Source: Candidatus Omnitrophota bacterium (GTDB lineage Bacteria; Omnitrophota; Gorgyraeia; Gygaellales; Profunditerraquicolaceae). From it: a stretch of DNA of 64,000 bases. The position numbers and the translations under genes are program-made. The notes under the pieces were generated by a model. That model saw only the letters and a program-made list of their open reading frames with translations. It was not told the origin of the DNA and ran no database searches. Location of the stretch: NCBI GenBank assembly GCA_026387335.1, contig JAPLLX010000002.1, forward strand, positions 13,326-77,325, in the 5' to 3' direction. Of this stretch, positions 32,200-40,497 are shown in pieces. Position 1 is the first letter of the stretch. The number at the start of each line of letters is the position of its first letter.

Positions 32200-32805
32200 A
32201 TGAAAAGAATGATTTTGGCGGTAGTACTATTCTTAAGCGTTACAGGAATATGCTTAGCGGCTGAGAATTTATTGATTGATGATTTTGAGGTAGCTGTCTC
32301 CGGAGGCCTGGAAGGAACAGTTGACTTTGGCGCTGGTAACGGTTCATCCGTAAATGTAACCGCAGCTACGGATATTAAAAATACGGGAAAGCAGTCTTTA
32401 AAAGTTGACTATGATGCTGTCCCCGGAGGATATATCTATGTTGCCAAAGGTAAGGGCCTAGATGCCAAGAATACTGAGTGGCTAGTTAAGCCTGAAGATA
32501 TTAAGTGGGAAGATTATAAGGCGTTCTCATTCTATATGTATGGCACGGATTCTAAAGCTAGGATAGCTTTTGACATTAAAGACAACGGAGATGAGCTTTG
32601 GCGTTTTGTGGTCGAGGATAATTTTAATGGCTGGAAGCAGATTGTCTGCGACTTTGATAAATTCTTAGTCCGTGACGACTGGCAGCCTAACAGTTCCGAT
32701 AAAAACGCGAAAATTGATTTTCCGATAAAGATCTTTCAGCTTGAGCCGTTGCCTGCGTCAAAAGGCACGCTTTATTTTGATACCGTAGAATTGGTTAAAA
32801 AATGA
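32200..32805 (+). CDS. Secreted carbohydrate-binding-module-like protein (CBM11/CIA30-like)
   Basis: Signal peptide; LIDDFE, W..Y.AFSFY..G, GWKQI...F..F, GTLYFD. Confidence 0.65.
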   Translation: MKRMILAVVLFLSVTGICLAAENLLIDDFEVAVSGGLEGTVDFGAGNGSSVNVTAATDIKNTGKQSLKVDYDAVPGGYIYVAKGKGLDAKNTEWLVKPEDIKWEDYKAFSFYMYGTDSKARIAFDIKDNGDELWRFVVEDNFNGWKQIVCDFDKFLVRDDWQPNSSDKNAKIDFPIKIFQLEPLPASKGTLYFDTVELVKK

Positions 32806-33197
32806 TGAACAAACTGGATTTAAAAAATTTGAAAAAACGCTACCTCATCTGGTTTTATAAAACTACCAGAGAGGCGCTGGATAAAATTGAACGCAAATTT
32901 ACGCAAAGCGAAATCGACCGCTTTATCTTAAAAGAGCTTAAAAGAGCTGATAAGGAGAAAGCCGCCGAATCTTTTATCGCCCAATTTGAGGAGTATATCC
33001 GGAAAAAAGAACAGGATGGGTTGAGCTTAAAATTTGAGAATAAAAAGCCAAAGCCGCATTATGTATTCCTGGTTTTAAAGCTGGAGGCGATCCAGAAGGC
33101 TATCGTGAAGGAATTAGGGAAAAAAGCGCTGGAAGAGATAAAGTTACTTTATGAAATAGAGATGACTGAGCGTATATTAAGGAATACGGAACACTAA
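32802..33197 (+). CDS. Hypothetical protein
   Basis: 131-aa ORF coupled to its neighbours; no recognised motif. Confidence 0.7.
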   Translation: MMNKLDLKNLKKRYLIWFYKTTREALDKIERKFTQSEIDRFILKELKRADKEKAAESFIAQFEEYIRKKEQDGLSLKFENKKPKPHYVFLVLKLEAIQKAIVKELGKKALEEIKLLYEIEMTERILRNTEH

Positions 33198-33198
33198 A

Positions 33199-34107
33199 AT
33201 GATTATTGACAGCCATAGCCATTGGTTGCCGGAAGGCATAATCAACAACGCTCATTTTTATCATAAGGGTTGGGGTGATATTGAGGCTCAACTTAAGATG
33301 ATGGATGAGGCAGGAATTGATAAGGCGGTTTTGTCATATCCGACAACCGACGCGCACCTAAAGTTGGGCAGTATATCCGAAGTCGTGCGCATATTTAATG
33401 ACCATGTCGGCAAAATCATTCAAATTTATCCGGATAGGTTTATCGGCGCGGCGATCCTCCCGATAGATCACCAACCGGATATGCTTAAAGAGCTAAAACG
33501 CGCGACCGAAGAATTAGGTTTTAAGGCCGTGTCTCTAGCGACCAGTTACGCCGGAATTTATTTGGACGACGCAAGATTCCTGGAAGTATACAAGATCGCG
33601 CAAAGCCAAAACTTGCCGATTTTTGTACACTCACAGATTGTAAAACCGATAGGCAGCGAGCGCGTAGAGGACCCGTTGCTTACGCCGGTGATTGAATATG
33701 TCTTTGATACGACGATGTGCATAGGCAAACTCTTAATGGCGGATATTTTACGCGATTATAAAGTGAAATTTATCTTTGGTTACTTTGGCGGAGTAACGCC
33801 ATTCCTGGCGAATAGATTTGACGCGACCTATCAGATGCTGCGAGGAATGAATTTTGTTAAGGATTTAGGAGCTAACCCCAGCGAATACTTAAAAAATATT
33901 TATGTGGATACCAGCGGAGATAAGACGCAAGCGAATTTCTCGGCGGCGCTGGAATTATTAGGGCCCAAGCATATTTTATGGGGGAGCGACTGGCCGGCGA
34001 AGAAAGACATCGCTACAGGAATCCAAGCAGTCAAAAACTTAGCAATATCCGATGCGGATAAAAATAATATTTTAGGCGGTAATTTAGCTAGTATATTAGC
34101 TCTTTAA
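33199..34107 (+). CDS. Amidohydrolase_2 family protein (possible decarboxylase/hydrolase)
   Basis: IIDSHSH, LPIFVH, ILWGSDWP, ILGGN. Confidence 0.88.
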   Translation: MIIDSHSHWLPEGIINNAHFYHKGWGDIEAQLKMMDEAGIDKAVLSYPTTDAHLKLGSISEVVRIFNDHVGKIIQIYPDRFIGAAILPIDHQPDMLKELKRATEELGFKAVSLATSYAGIYLDDARFLEVYKIAQSQNLPIFVHSQIVKPIGSERVEDPLLTPVIEYVFDTTMCIGKLLMADILRDYKVKFIFGYFGGVTPFLANRFDATYQMLRGMNFVKDLGANPSEYLKNIYVDTSGDKTQANFSAALELLGPKHILWGSDWPAKKDIATGIQAVKNLAISDADKNNILGGNLASILAL

Positions 34108-34118
34108 TACTGTTATTT

Positions 34119-34300
34119 GATATTTCGCCTGCGGGTATTGTTCGCGCACGAAAATTTTCGCCGAGTGCTTCGGCTTACGACTCACTCCCGGAAGGACTTA
34201 CGCTAGGAAGAATTCCTCCGTTCGTCGTAATTCCTCGCACTCTTTTGCCGAAAATTTTCTAATTGTGCGCTTCACAACACCCTCCGGTAAAATATCTATA
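34119..34300. repeat. Long imperfect rod-like hairpin, family 4, copy 1
   Basis: Nested stems; homologous to 62179-62373 with compensatory changes. Confidence 0.8.
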
Positions 34301-34395
34301 ATCAATAGAATATAGGGAAACGGCTCTAAGAGTTTCCGCTTAAGTTTGAGTCCCCGTAGGGATATAAAGGTTGGTAATTAAGAATAGGAGGCTGA

Positions 34396-34983
34396 TTGAT
34401 GAACACAGAAGTTAAAAAGAACATAGGTATGGGTGTTGTAATAGGTATTATTGTTTTCAGTATATGCTATTTGTTAGTACAGCCAATGTTAAACTTTATA
34501 ACTCCTAAATTCCTTAATTTAATCGCAAAATGCTTCTCTTTTCTTTCTAACGCAATATATGCGAATGCCGCCTACAGAAACACAAATAGCTACGATTCCT
34601 TTCTTTTTACTTTTCTTATGGAATCTTTTGCTTTTGTTTTTCTGATTGCATTAGCACTATCTTTTATAACTAAAGATAGATTCAGGAAATTCGTTGGAAA
34701 TCTTCCAGAACCCAAACTATGGCCCATACGGATTGTTTGTATAATTGCGTTTCTATTGATTGGAATAATGTCAATAGTAGAATACTCTAATGATTACTTG
34801 AATCTGCGATTTTCCCATAAAGTTACAATTATCGCTCCCTATTTATCTAATCAAGCAGAAAAAGAATTACTGGCGCAATGGGCTTTAATGAAGAATAAAA
34901 AAGATTATGAAAGTTTGGATAATTTGCTCAAAAATTATGCGCAAGCAAATAATATAAAAGAACCAAAAAGTCTATGGAAATAA
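34396..34983 (+). CDS. AT-rich orphan membrane protein
   Basis: 195-aa ORF with GGAGG RBS and about 3 TM segments; composition visibly differs from neighbours. Confidence 0.7.
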   Translation: MMNTEVKKNIGMGVVIGIIVFSICYLLVQPMLNFITPKFLNLIAKCFSFLSNAIYANAAYRNTNSYDSFLFTFLMESFAFVFLIALALSFITKDRFRKFVGNLPEPKLWPIRIVCIIAFLLIGIMSIVEYSNDYLNLRFSHKVTIIAPYLSNQAEKELLAQWALMKNKKDYESLDNLLKNYAQANNIKEPKSLWK

Positions 34984-35001
34984 AGGTGATAATTCTATTT
35001 T

Positions 35002-35100
35002 AGCGGGTGACACGGTGACGGATTCCTTACTTTCCCGCAGGGCGAATGCCCGAGGACAAAGTAAGGTGGCACCGTGGCAGGACCCGCTGAATCAGGCGGG
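35002..35100 (+). other. GC-rich structured leader/hairpin upstream of the nucleoside phosphorylase
   Basis: Stems AGCGGGT/ACCCGCT, CACGGTG/CACCGTG, CCTTACTTT/AAAGTAAGG, GGGC-GAAT-GCCC. Confidence 0.65.
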
Positions 35101-35145
35101 CTAGAGCAAGCGTAAGGGTATAATAAAAATAAAGGAGAATCCAAT

Positions 35146-35895
35146 ATGCAGATGGTTAAGGATATACATTTAACAGGTAAGGACTTGACGGATATGGTGC
35201 AGTTGAGGCCACAGGACGTAGGCAAATACGCGATTGTCCCCGGCCCAAAAGACAGGCTGGAGACCTTAATCAAGAAAATTGAAAATCCGGTGCGGAATTT
35301 TTCATTTATGGAATACACGATGTACACCGGGACATTTGAAGGGATAAAGCTTAGCGCGATTAACGGCGGAAGGTTCTCCACCGATACTTCCATCACGACT
35401 GAGGTAATGTGCAACGCGAAAATTGAGAATATAATCCGCGTAGGAACCGCCGGCAGCCTGGACGAGAATATAAAAGTAGGGGATTTATTCGTGGTAGATG
35501 AAGTAATCCGCGGCGATGGAGTTACCCCTTATTATGTAAATAAAGATTTTAAAACTGTCGCGGATAAGAAAATTTCCGATACGCTTTATCAGGTTGGTAA
35601 AGATATGGGCTTGACTATCCATCGCGGCAAGGCCTGGACAACGGATGCGCTCTTACGCGAGACCAGAGAAATCGTGGAAGCCAAGCGTAAAGAGGGAGCA
35701 AGAGTAGTAGATATGGTTTCTTCAACCTTATTAACTATCGCGCAAACTTATAATATCAAGGCCGGTTCAATTTTAGCGGTCAGTGATAATGTCGTAACCG
35801 GTGAAATGGGCTTTATGAATCCTTTATATTATATGGCGGAGTCTAATATCTTAAAGATAGCCTTGGAAGCAGTTAAAAAATTAGAGGGAAAATGA
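35146..35895 (+). CDS. Nucleoside phosphorylase (PNP/UDP family 1)
   Basis: IVPG...R, IIRVGTAGSL, RGDG.T..Y, WTTDA..RET, VDM, VSD. Confidence 0.88.
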   Translation: MQMVKDIHLTGKDLTDMVQLRPQDVGKYAIVPGPKDRLETLIKKIENPVRNFSFMEYTMYTGTFEGIKLSAINGGRFSTDTSITTEVMCNAKIENIIRVGTAGSLDENIKVGDLFVVDEVIRGDGVTPYYVNKDFKTVADKKISDTLYQVGKDMGLTIHRGKAWTTDALLRETREIVEAKRKEGARVVDMVSSTLLTIAQTYNIKAGSILAVSDNVVTGEMGFMNPLYYMAESNILKIALEAVKKLEGK

Positions 35896-36818
35896 AATTT
35901 TCTCCATTATTTTGGCCGATCCAGTTTAAGAACGGCATAATTTATATTCTTGACGAAACTCTTCTGCCCCAGAAACTTGCTTATATAAAGGCCAGGAATT
36001 ATAAAGAGGCCTGTCGCGCTATCAAAGAGATGAAGACTCGGGCTGTAGGCCAAGTGCTCCTGGTGATGTATATTTTTCTGCAGTTGGTTAAACAAAAAAA
36101 ACAAAAAGATTTAGTTAAGGTTGCTAAAGTCGTAAATGCTACTCGTCCGACTCTCTCTTTTAAATTTTTAACCGATATGGTTTTAGGTTGGGCAAAGAGC
36201 AGGGTCCCTTTAGAAAAATGCATTCTGGGATTCCTGGAAGGCTTGAAATGCAGCCGTATCAGGCAGGCAGAAGAGGCCTCCAAATTAATTAAAAACGGGG
36301 ATGTAATACTTACGCATTGCAATATCAGCGGGCTGATGCCTTTAATAGCTGAATTTTGCGCTAGAGAAGGCAAAGGAGTAAAATTTTTCGCGACGGAAAC
36401 CCGGCCATATCTACAAGGTTCGCGCTTAACTGCCTGGGAATTAAAACGGCAGGGTTTTGACGTGACCTTGATTACCGACGGGATGGTGGCCGCGGTTATG
36501 TCTCAAGGGAAAGTGAATAAGGTTATTGTCGGAGCCGACCATTTAGCCCAAAACGGCGACATTGCCAATAAAATCGGCACTTACGCTATAGCGGTGTTAG
36601 CCCGGCATTTTAAGATACCTTTTTATGTTTTATGCCCGCCGGCTTCAGGGTTAAAAAGCGGGAAAGATATTAAGATCGAGATACGTCCGGATAAAGAAAT
36701 GTTAGAGTATCAGGGCTTGCGCCTGGCGCCCAAAGGGGTAAAAGGATATTACCCGGCATTTGATGTTACTCCTAATGGATTAATTACTAAACATATACCT
36801 TTGGAGATTAAAAGATGA
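35892..36818 (+). CDS. mtnA: Methylthioribose-1-phosphate isomerase-like (MtnA/eIF-2B family)
   Basis: LDET.LP, TRPT, LTHCN, ETRPYLQGSRLTAWEL, VGAD, NKIGTY, PAFDVTP. Confidence 0.85.
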   Translation: MKFSPLFWPIQFKNGIIYILDETLLPQKLAYIKARNYKEACRAIKEMKTRAVGQVLLVMYIFLQLVKQKKQKDLVKVAKVVNATRPTLSFKFLTDMVLGWAKSRVPLEKCILGFLEGLKCSRIRQAEEASKLIKNGDVILTHCNISGLMPLIAEFCAREGKGVKFFATETRPYLQGSRLTAWELKRQGFDVTLITDGMVAAVMSQGKVNKVIVGADHLAQNGDIANKIGTYAIAVLARHFKIPFYVLCPPASGLKSGKDIKIEIRPDKEMLEYQGLRLAPKGVKGYYPAFDVTPNGLITKHIPLEIKR

Positions 36819-37816
36819 TTTTCGGTAAAGAGCGAAAGATAAAAAATGAAATAATTAAAGTTGGGAAACGGCTTTATCAAACCGGCCTGACTGTGGCTAA
36901 ATCCGGGAACTTAAGCGCAAGGCTGGATAATGAGAATATCCTTATCACGGCTACCGGGACATCTCTGGGAAATCTAAAATATAAAGATATCGTGAAAGTT
37001 AATTGGCAATCCGGCGAAACACGCGGTGGAATCAAGCCCAGTTCGGAGCTGCCTTTACATATTTTGGTTTATAAAAACTTCGGCGCCCGGGCAGTTATCC
37101 ACGCTCACCCGTCTTTAATCAACGGGTATTTCGCGGTTACCTCGGATTTAAAGGCTTTAACTTTTGAGACTAAATTTTATCTTGGCAATGTTCCGGTAAT
37201 CGAACAGGATACGCCTACTGTGACTAAGCCTGAAGCGGTAATAAGCGCGTTAAAGGTAAATAATCTGGTCGTCCTTAAGAATCACGGCATAGTCGCTATC
37301 GCGGATAAATTTTGCGACGGCCTGAATCTGGCCGAAGCGTTAGAAGAGGCTGTGCGCTCTCTGGCAGTTGCCAGAATATTTGATAAAAGCGTGCTTGATG
37401 ATTTGGATAAAGCGCTAAAGCAGGAGCTTACGCAGAACGCCCGCTTACCCATGTTTTCTAAAGACCATATCCAGGCGATTGTAGATCTGGTAAATAAGGA
37501 TGAATTCATCGCTCAAAAAGGGAGAGAGTTGGATTTGACGCTGAAACTTGCCATAAAATTAGACGGGAGCGATAAGGCCTATAAATTTAATTTTGAAAAA
37601 GGTAAAATCATAAGATTGGATTTTGACGCTGACGCGCCATTTGTAATTTCAGCTCCTGCCGAGGTTTGGGAACAGGTTTTTTTAGGAAAACTTGATTGTT
37701 TCGTGGCGGTTACACAGGGAAAGATGAAGCTATCCGGCCAGTTGGGGCAGCTCTCTAAGTGGTATGTGCCTTTTACCCGGCTGTTCGGGATATTTAAGGA
37801 AGTAAAAATAAAATGA
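36815..37816 (+). CDS. Class II aldolase fused to a C-terminal SCP2 domain
   Basis: GNLSAR, PSSE...H, HAH, NHG; C-terminal W..V..GKLD...A..QGKMKLSG (SCP2). Confidence 0.82.
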   Translation: MIFGKERKIKNEIIKVGKRLYQTGLTVAKSGNLSARLDNENILITATGTSLGNLKYKDIVKVNWQSGETRGGIKPSSELPLHILVYKNFGARAVIHAHPSLINGYFAVTSDLKALTFETKFYLGNVPVIEQDTPTVTKPEAVISALKVNNLVVLKNHGIVAIADKFCDGLNLAEALEEAVRSLAVARIFDKSVLDDLDKALKQELTQNARLPMFSKDHIQAIVDLVNKDEFIAQKGRELDLTLKLAIKLDGSDKAYKFNFEKGKIIRLDFDADAPFVISAPAEVWEQVFLGKLDCFVAVTQGKMKLSGQLGQLSKWYVPFTRLFGIFKEVKIK

Positions 37817-39300
37817 TCCAAAGTTATCCGCTGTACATAAATGGAAAATTTATCGAAACCAAAGAAAAGCAGAGCATTATTAATCCTTCAACTGGGAAGG
37901 TGATCGCTGAGGCCTCGCTTGCCTCCTTAAAAGAGGTAGAGTTAGCGTTAGATAGCGCGCGTTCCGCTTTTGATAAAGGAGAGTGGTCGCGGTTACCATC
38001 GGAGCAGCGAAAGAAATTTATTTCCCGGATTGCCCAGGGTATCTTAGATAATGCGGGAGAGCTAGCGGAATTAGAGAGCGTTAATACCGGAAAGCCGATC
38101 AAGGAAACTACTTTTATGGATATTCCTTCAGCGGCCAAGGCCTTTGAGTACGCGGCTAATAATTTTGAAAGTTTCTTAACGGCTGAAGATTTAAAAATAT
38201 CTGAAGAGGCAAAAGCAAATTTACGCCGCGAGCCAGTCGGGGTGGTAGTTTTGATCATCCCCTGGAATTACCCGCTTTTAATCGCCTGTTGGAAGTTAGC
38301 CTCGGCTTTAGCCGCCGGTAACACTGTGGTATTAAAACCTTCCAGCCTTACTCCTTTAAGCGCCCTTAAATTGGCGCAGATCCTCCATGAGGCAGCTCTT
38401 CCTGCGGGAGTAGTAAATGTGATTAACGGAAGCGGCCCGAAAATCGGCGAAGTCCTATGTAGCGATAAAAGAGTGGATATGGTCTCTTTTACCGGAAGCA
38501 ATGAGACAGGCAGGCAGATCTTAGAGTATTCCTCCGCAAATATTAAGAAATCGATTATGGAGTTGGGTGGTAAAAGCGCGAGTTTAATTTTTAGCGATTG
38601 CGATATAGATACCGTGGTAAATAGTTCGCTTTGCTCAATATTCCTCAACCAGGGCCAGATGTGCACAGCTATGTCGCGTATATTTATCCAGGATAAAATA
38701 TATGATAAATTTGTGGCTAGTTTCGTCCAAAAGGCCAAAGCCTTAAAGCTGGGGGTGGCCCAAGCCCATGAGACTCAAATGGGGCCGTTAATCAGCGATA
38801 GCCAGCGGAAAAAAGTTATTGCCTATATTGAAAAAGCCCGGGCCGAGGGCGCGAAAATATTATGCGGCGGAAAAATTCCGCAAAATCCGGAACTAAAAAA
38901 CGGGTATTTCTTTGAGCCAACGGTTATGGCTAATGTCAGCGCGCATATGCATATTTTTAGAGAAGAGGTATTTGGCCCGGTTGCTATTGTGGGTAAGTTT
39001 TCCGACGCTAACCAAGCCGTAGAGTTGGCTAACGCCAGCGATTTTGGCCTGGCCTCCTGCATCTGGACTAAAGACACTGCTTTTGCCCAAAATTTAGCCG
39101 AACAAATTAATTCCGGGGTCGTCTGGATAAACACTTACGGAATGTTTTATAATCAGCTTCCTTACGGCGGGTTTAAGAGAAGCGGTTTTGGCAAGGAATT
39201 GGGCAGGGAGGGGTTCTTAGAATACACCCGGCTTAAGAATATAGTTATTGACCAGTCACTAGACAATAAGCCCTTGGTTAGCCACTGGTATGGATTTTAA
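37813..39300 (+). CDS. Aldehyde dehydrogenase
   Basis: PWNYP, FTGS, ELGGKS, NQGQMCTA, EEVFGPV, PYGGFKRSG. Confidence 0.95.
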   Translation: MIQSYPLYINGKFIETKEKQSIINPSTGKVIAEASLASLKEVELALDSARSAFDKGEWSRLPSEQRKKFISRIAQGILDNAGELAELESVNTGKPIKETTFMDIPSAAKAFEYAANNFESFLTAEDLKISEEAKANLRREPVGVVVLIIPWNYPLLIACWKLASALAAGNTVVLKPSSLTPLSALKLAQILHEAALPAGVVNVINGSGPKIGEVLCSDKRVDMVSFTGSNETGRQILEYSSANIKKSIMELGGKSASLIFSDCDIDTVVNSSLCSIFLNQGQMCTAMSRIFIQDKIYDKFVASFVQKAKALKLGVAQAHETQMGPLISDSQRKKVIAYIEKARAEGAKILCGGKIPQNPELKNGYFFEPTVMANVSAHMHIFREEVFGPVAIVGKFSDANQAVELANASDFGLASCIWTKDTAFAQNLAEQINSGVVWINTYGMFYNQLPYGGFKRSGFGKELGREGFLEYTRLKNIVIDQSLDNKPLVSHWYGF

Positions 39301-39303
39301 ATA

Positions 39304-40023
39304 ATGAGAGTTGTCTTATCTATATTATTTTGGATAGGTAGCACCGTAATAACAATAATATTATTTTGCGTTGTTTTTGTTGTCGTTATAACCACCTTTC
39401 CTTTTGATAAAAAAAGGAAGATCGCCCACGCCCAGTGTTTCTGGTGGTCGTCCTGCGTTCTCAAGATGAATCCGTTCTGGAGATTAAGCGTCAAGGGGCT
39501 AGAGAATATTGACCGGAATAAAACCTACGTGATCATCGCCAATCATCAGAGCATGGCCGATATAGCCGTGCTTTATAAGACCCATATGCAGTTTAAGTGG
39601 GTCGCTAAAGACGGCCTTTTTAAAGTTCCTTTTATCGGATGGTGTCTCTCTCTAACTAAACATATAAGTTTAGAGCGCGGGGAGTTCGCCAGTATAAAAA
39701 AAGTTTACCGGGAAGCGGCCCAGTGGCTGCGTAAAGATATGTCGGTATTATTTTTCCCTGAAGGCACCCGCAGCGATACGGATAAAATGAACGTTTTCCA
39801 AAACGGCGCCTTTAAGCTGGCGATAAAAGAAAAGAAACCCGTGCTTCCTATCCGTATTAGCGGTACCCGCGACGCTATCTCTAAAGGGAGTTGGGTATTT
39901 AAAACAAAAGTTTCTACGACTATTACTGTATTGCCGGCTATTGATACGAGTTCATTAAACCCGGGCGATTTCGCTAGTTTACGGAATGCGGTTTTTAACA
40001 AAATAGCAGGAGGCGCGTTATGA
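39304..40023 (+). CDS. Lysophospholipid acyltransferase (PlsC-like)
   Basis: NHQSMAD, FPEGTRS. Confidence 0.92.
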   Translation: MRVVLSILFWIGSTVITIILFCVVFVVVITTFPFDKKRKIAHAQCFWWSSCVLKMNPFWRLSVKGLENIDRNKTYVIIANHQSMADIAVLYKTHMQFKWVAKDGLFKVPFIGWCLSLTKHISLERGEFASIKKVYREAAQWLRKDMSVLFFPEGTRSDTDKMNVFQNGAFKLAIKEKKPVLPIRISGTRDAISKGSWVFKTKVSTTITVLPAIDTSSLNPGDFASLRNAVFNKIAGGAL

Positions 40024-40442
40024 AAAACAGGTTTTTAATCCTAGGCTTGAGTATTTTAGGCGCGTTGTTAATATTTGATACCGGATACCTTATCGGCAGG
40101 GGTGAGCAAATAGAGCAGGCCAAAAGGACGCTCGAAAAAAGGAGGAGCTTTTTTGTCTGCGCGATGACCTCCAAAGAAACGGATCGCGCGATTATAATGA
40201 CTATTAACCTTCCGGGTTTAGATAAAAAAGATATCAATCTTGAGGTTAGGGGCAGGTATCTGACCATTCAGGTGAAAAAGAGTAAAGAAACTAATTTTGT
40301 GCAGATTATCACCTTGCCTCAAGATATAAAGGCTCAAAAAATAAGCGCCGAGTACGATGAAGATACCCTGAGGATTACTATACCTAAGGCCAAAGCGGCA
40401 AATACCAAGGCGCTTTCAGTAATCAAGGTCCCCTTAAGATAA
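40020..40442 (+). CDS. Hsp20/alpha-crystallin-like protein with N-terminal TM/signal
   Basis: LPGLDKKDI.LEV...LTI, I.LP, A.Y....L.I.IPK. Confidence 0.75.
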   Translation: MKNRFLILGLSILGALLIFDTGYLIGRGEQIEQAKRTLEKRRSFFVCAMTSKETDRAIIMTINLPGLDKKDINLEVRGRYLTIQVKKSKETNFVQIITLPQDIKAQKISAEYDEDTLRITIPKAKAANTKALSVIKVPLR

Positions 40443-40460
40443 CCCAGGAGAAATTTCTAA

Positions 40461-40489
40461 TTGAACAAGCCCGGATTTAGTAGTAAAAT
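40461..40489 (+). promoter_or_regulatory. sigma70-type promoter TTGAAC-17-TAAAAT
   Basis: 8 nt upstream of ATG 40498. Confidence 0.55.
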
Positions 40490-40497
40490 ACAGGGCA

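Noticed and set aside
34312-34360. Cobalamin riboswitch (ATAGGGAA...CCCC) near a B12 enzyme
   Set aside because: No B12 box or GCCACTG/GGGAAG elements; more like a small hairpin or decayed repeat.
34119-35100. Integron attC cassette
   Set aside because: No clear RYYYAAC/GTTRRRY boxes seen and no integrase in the window; not excluded without a model-based search.
34995-35414. Minus-strand 139-aa ORF and the many other short antisense or alternate-frame ORFs in the track
   Set aside because: They shadow well-supported genes or structured elements and show no recognisable motifs.
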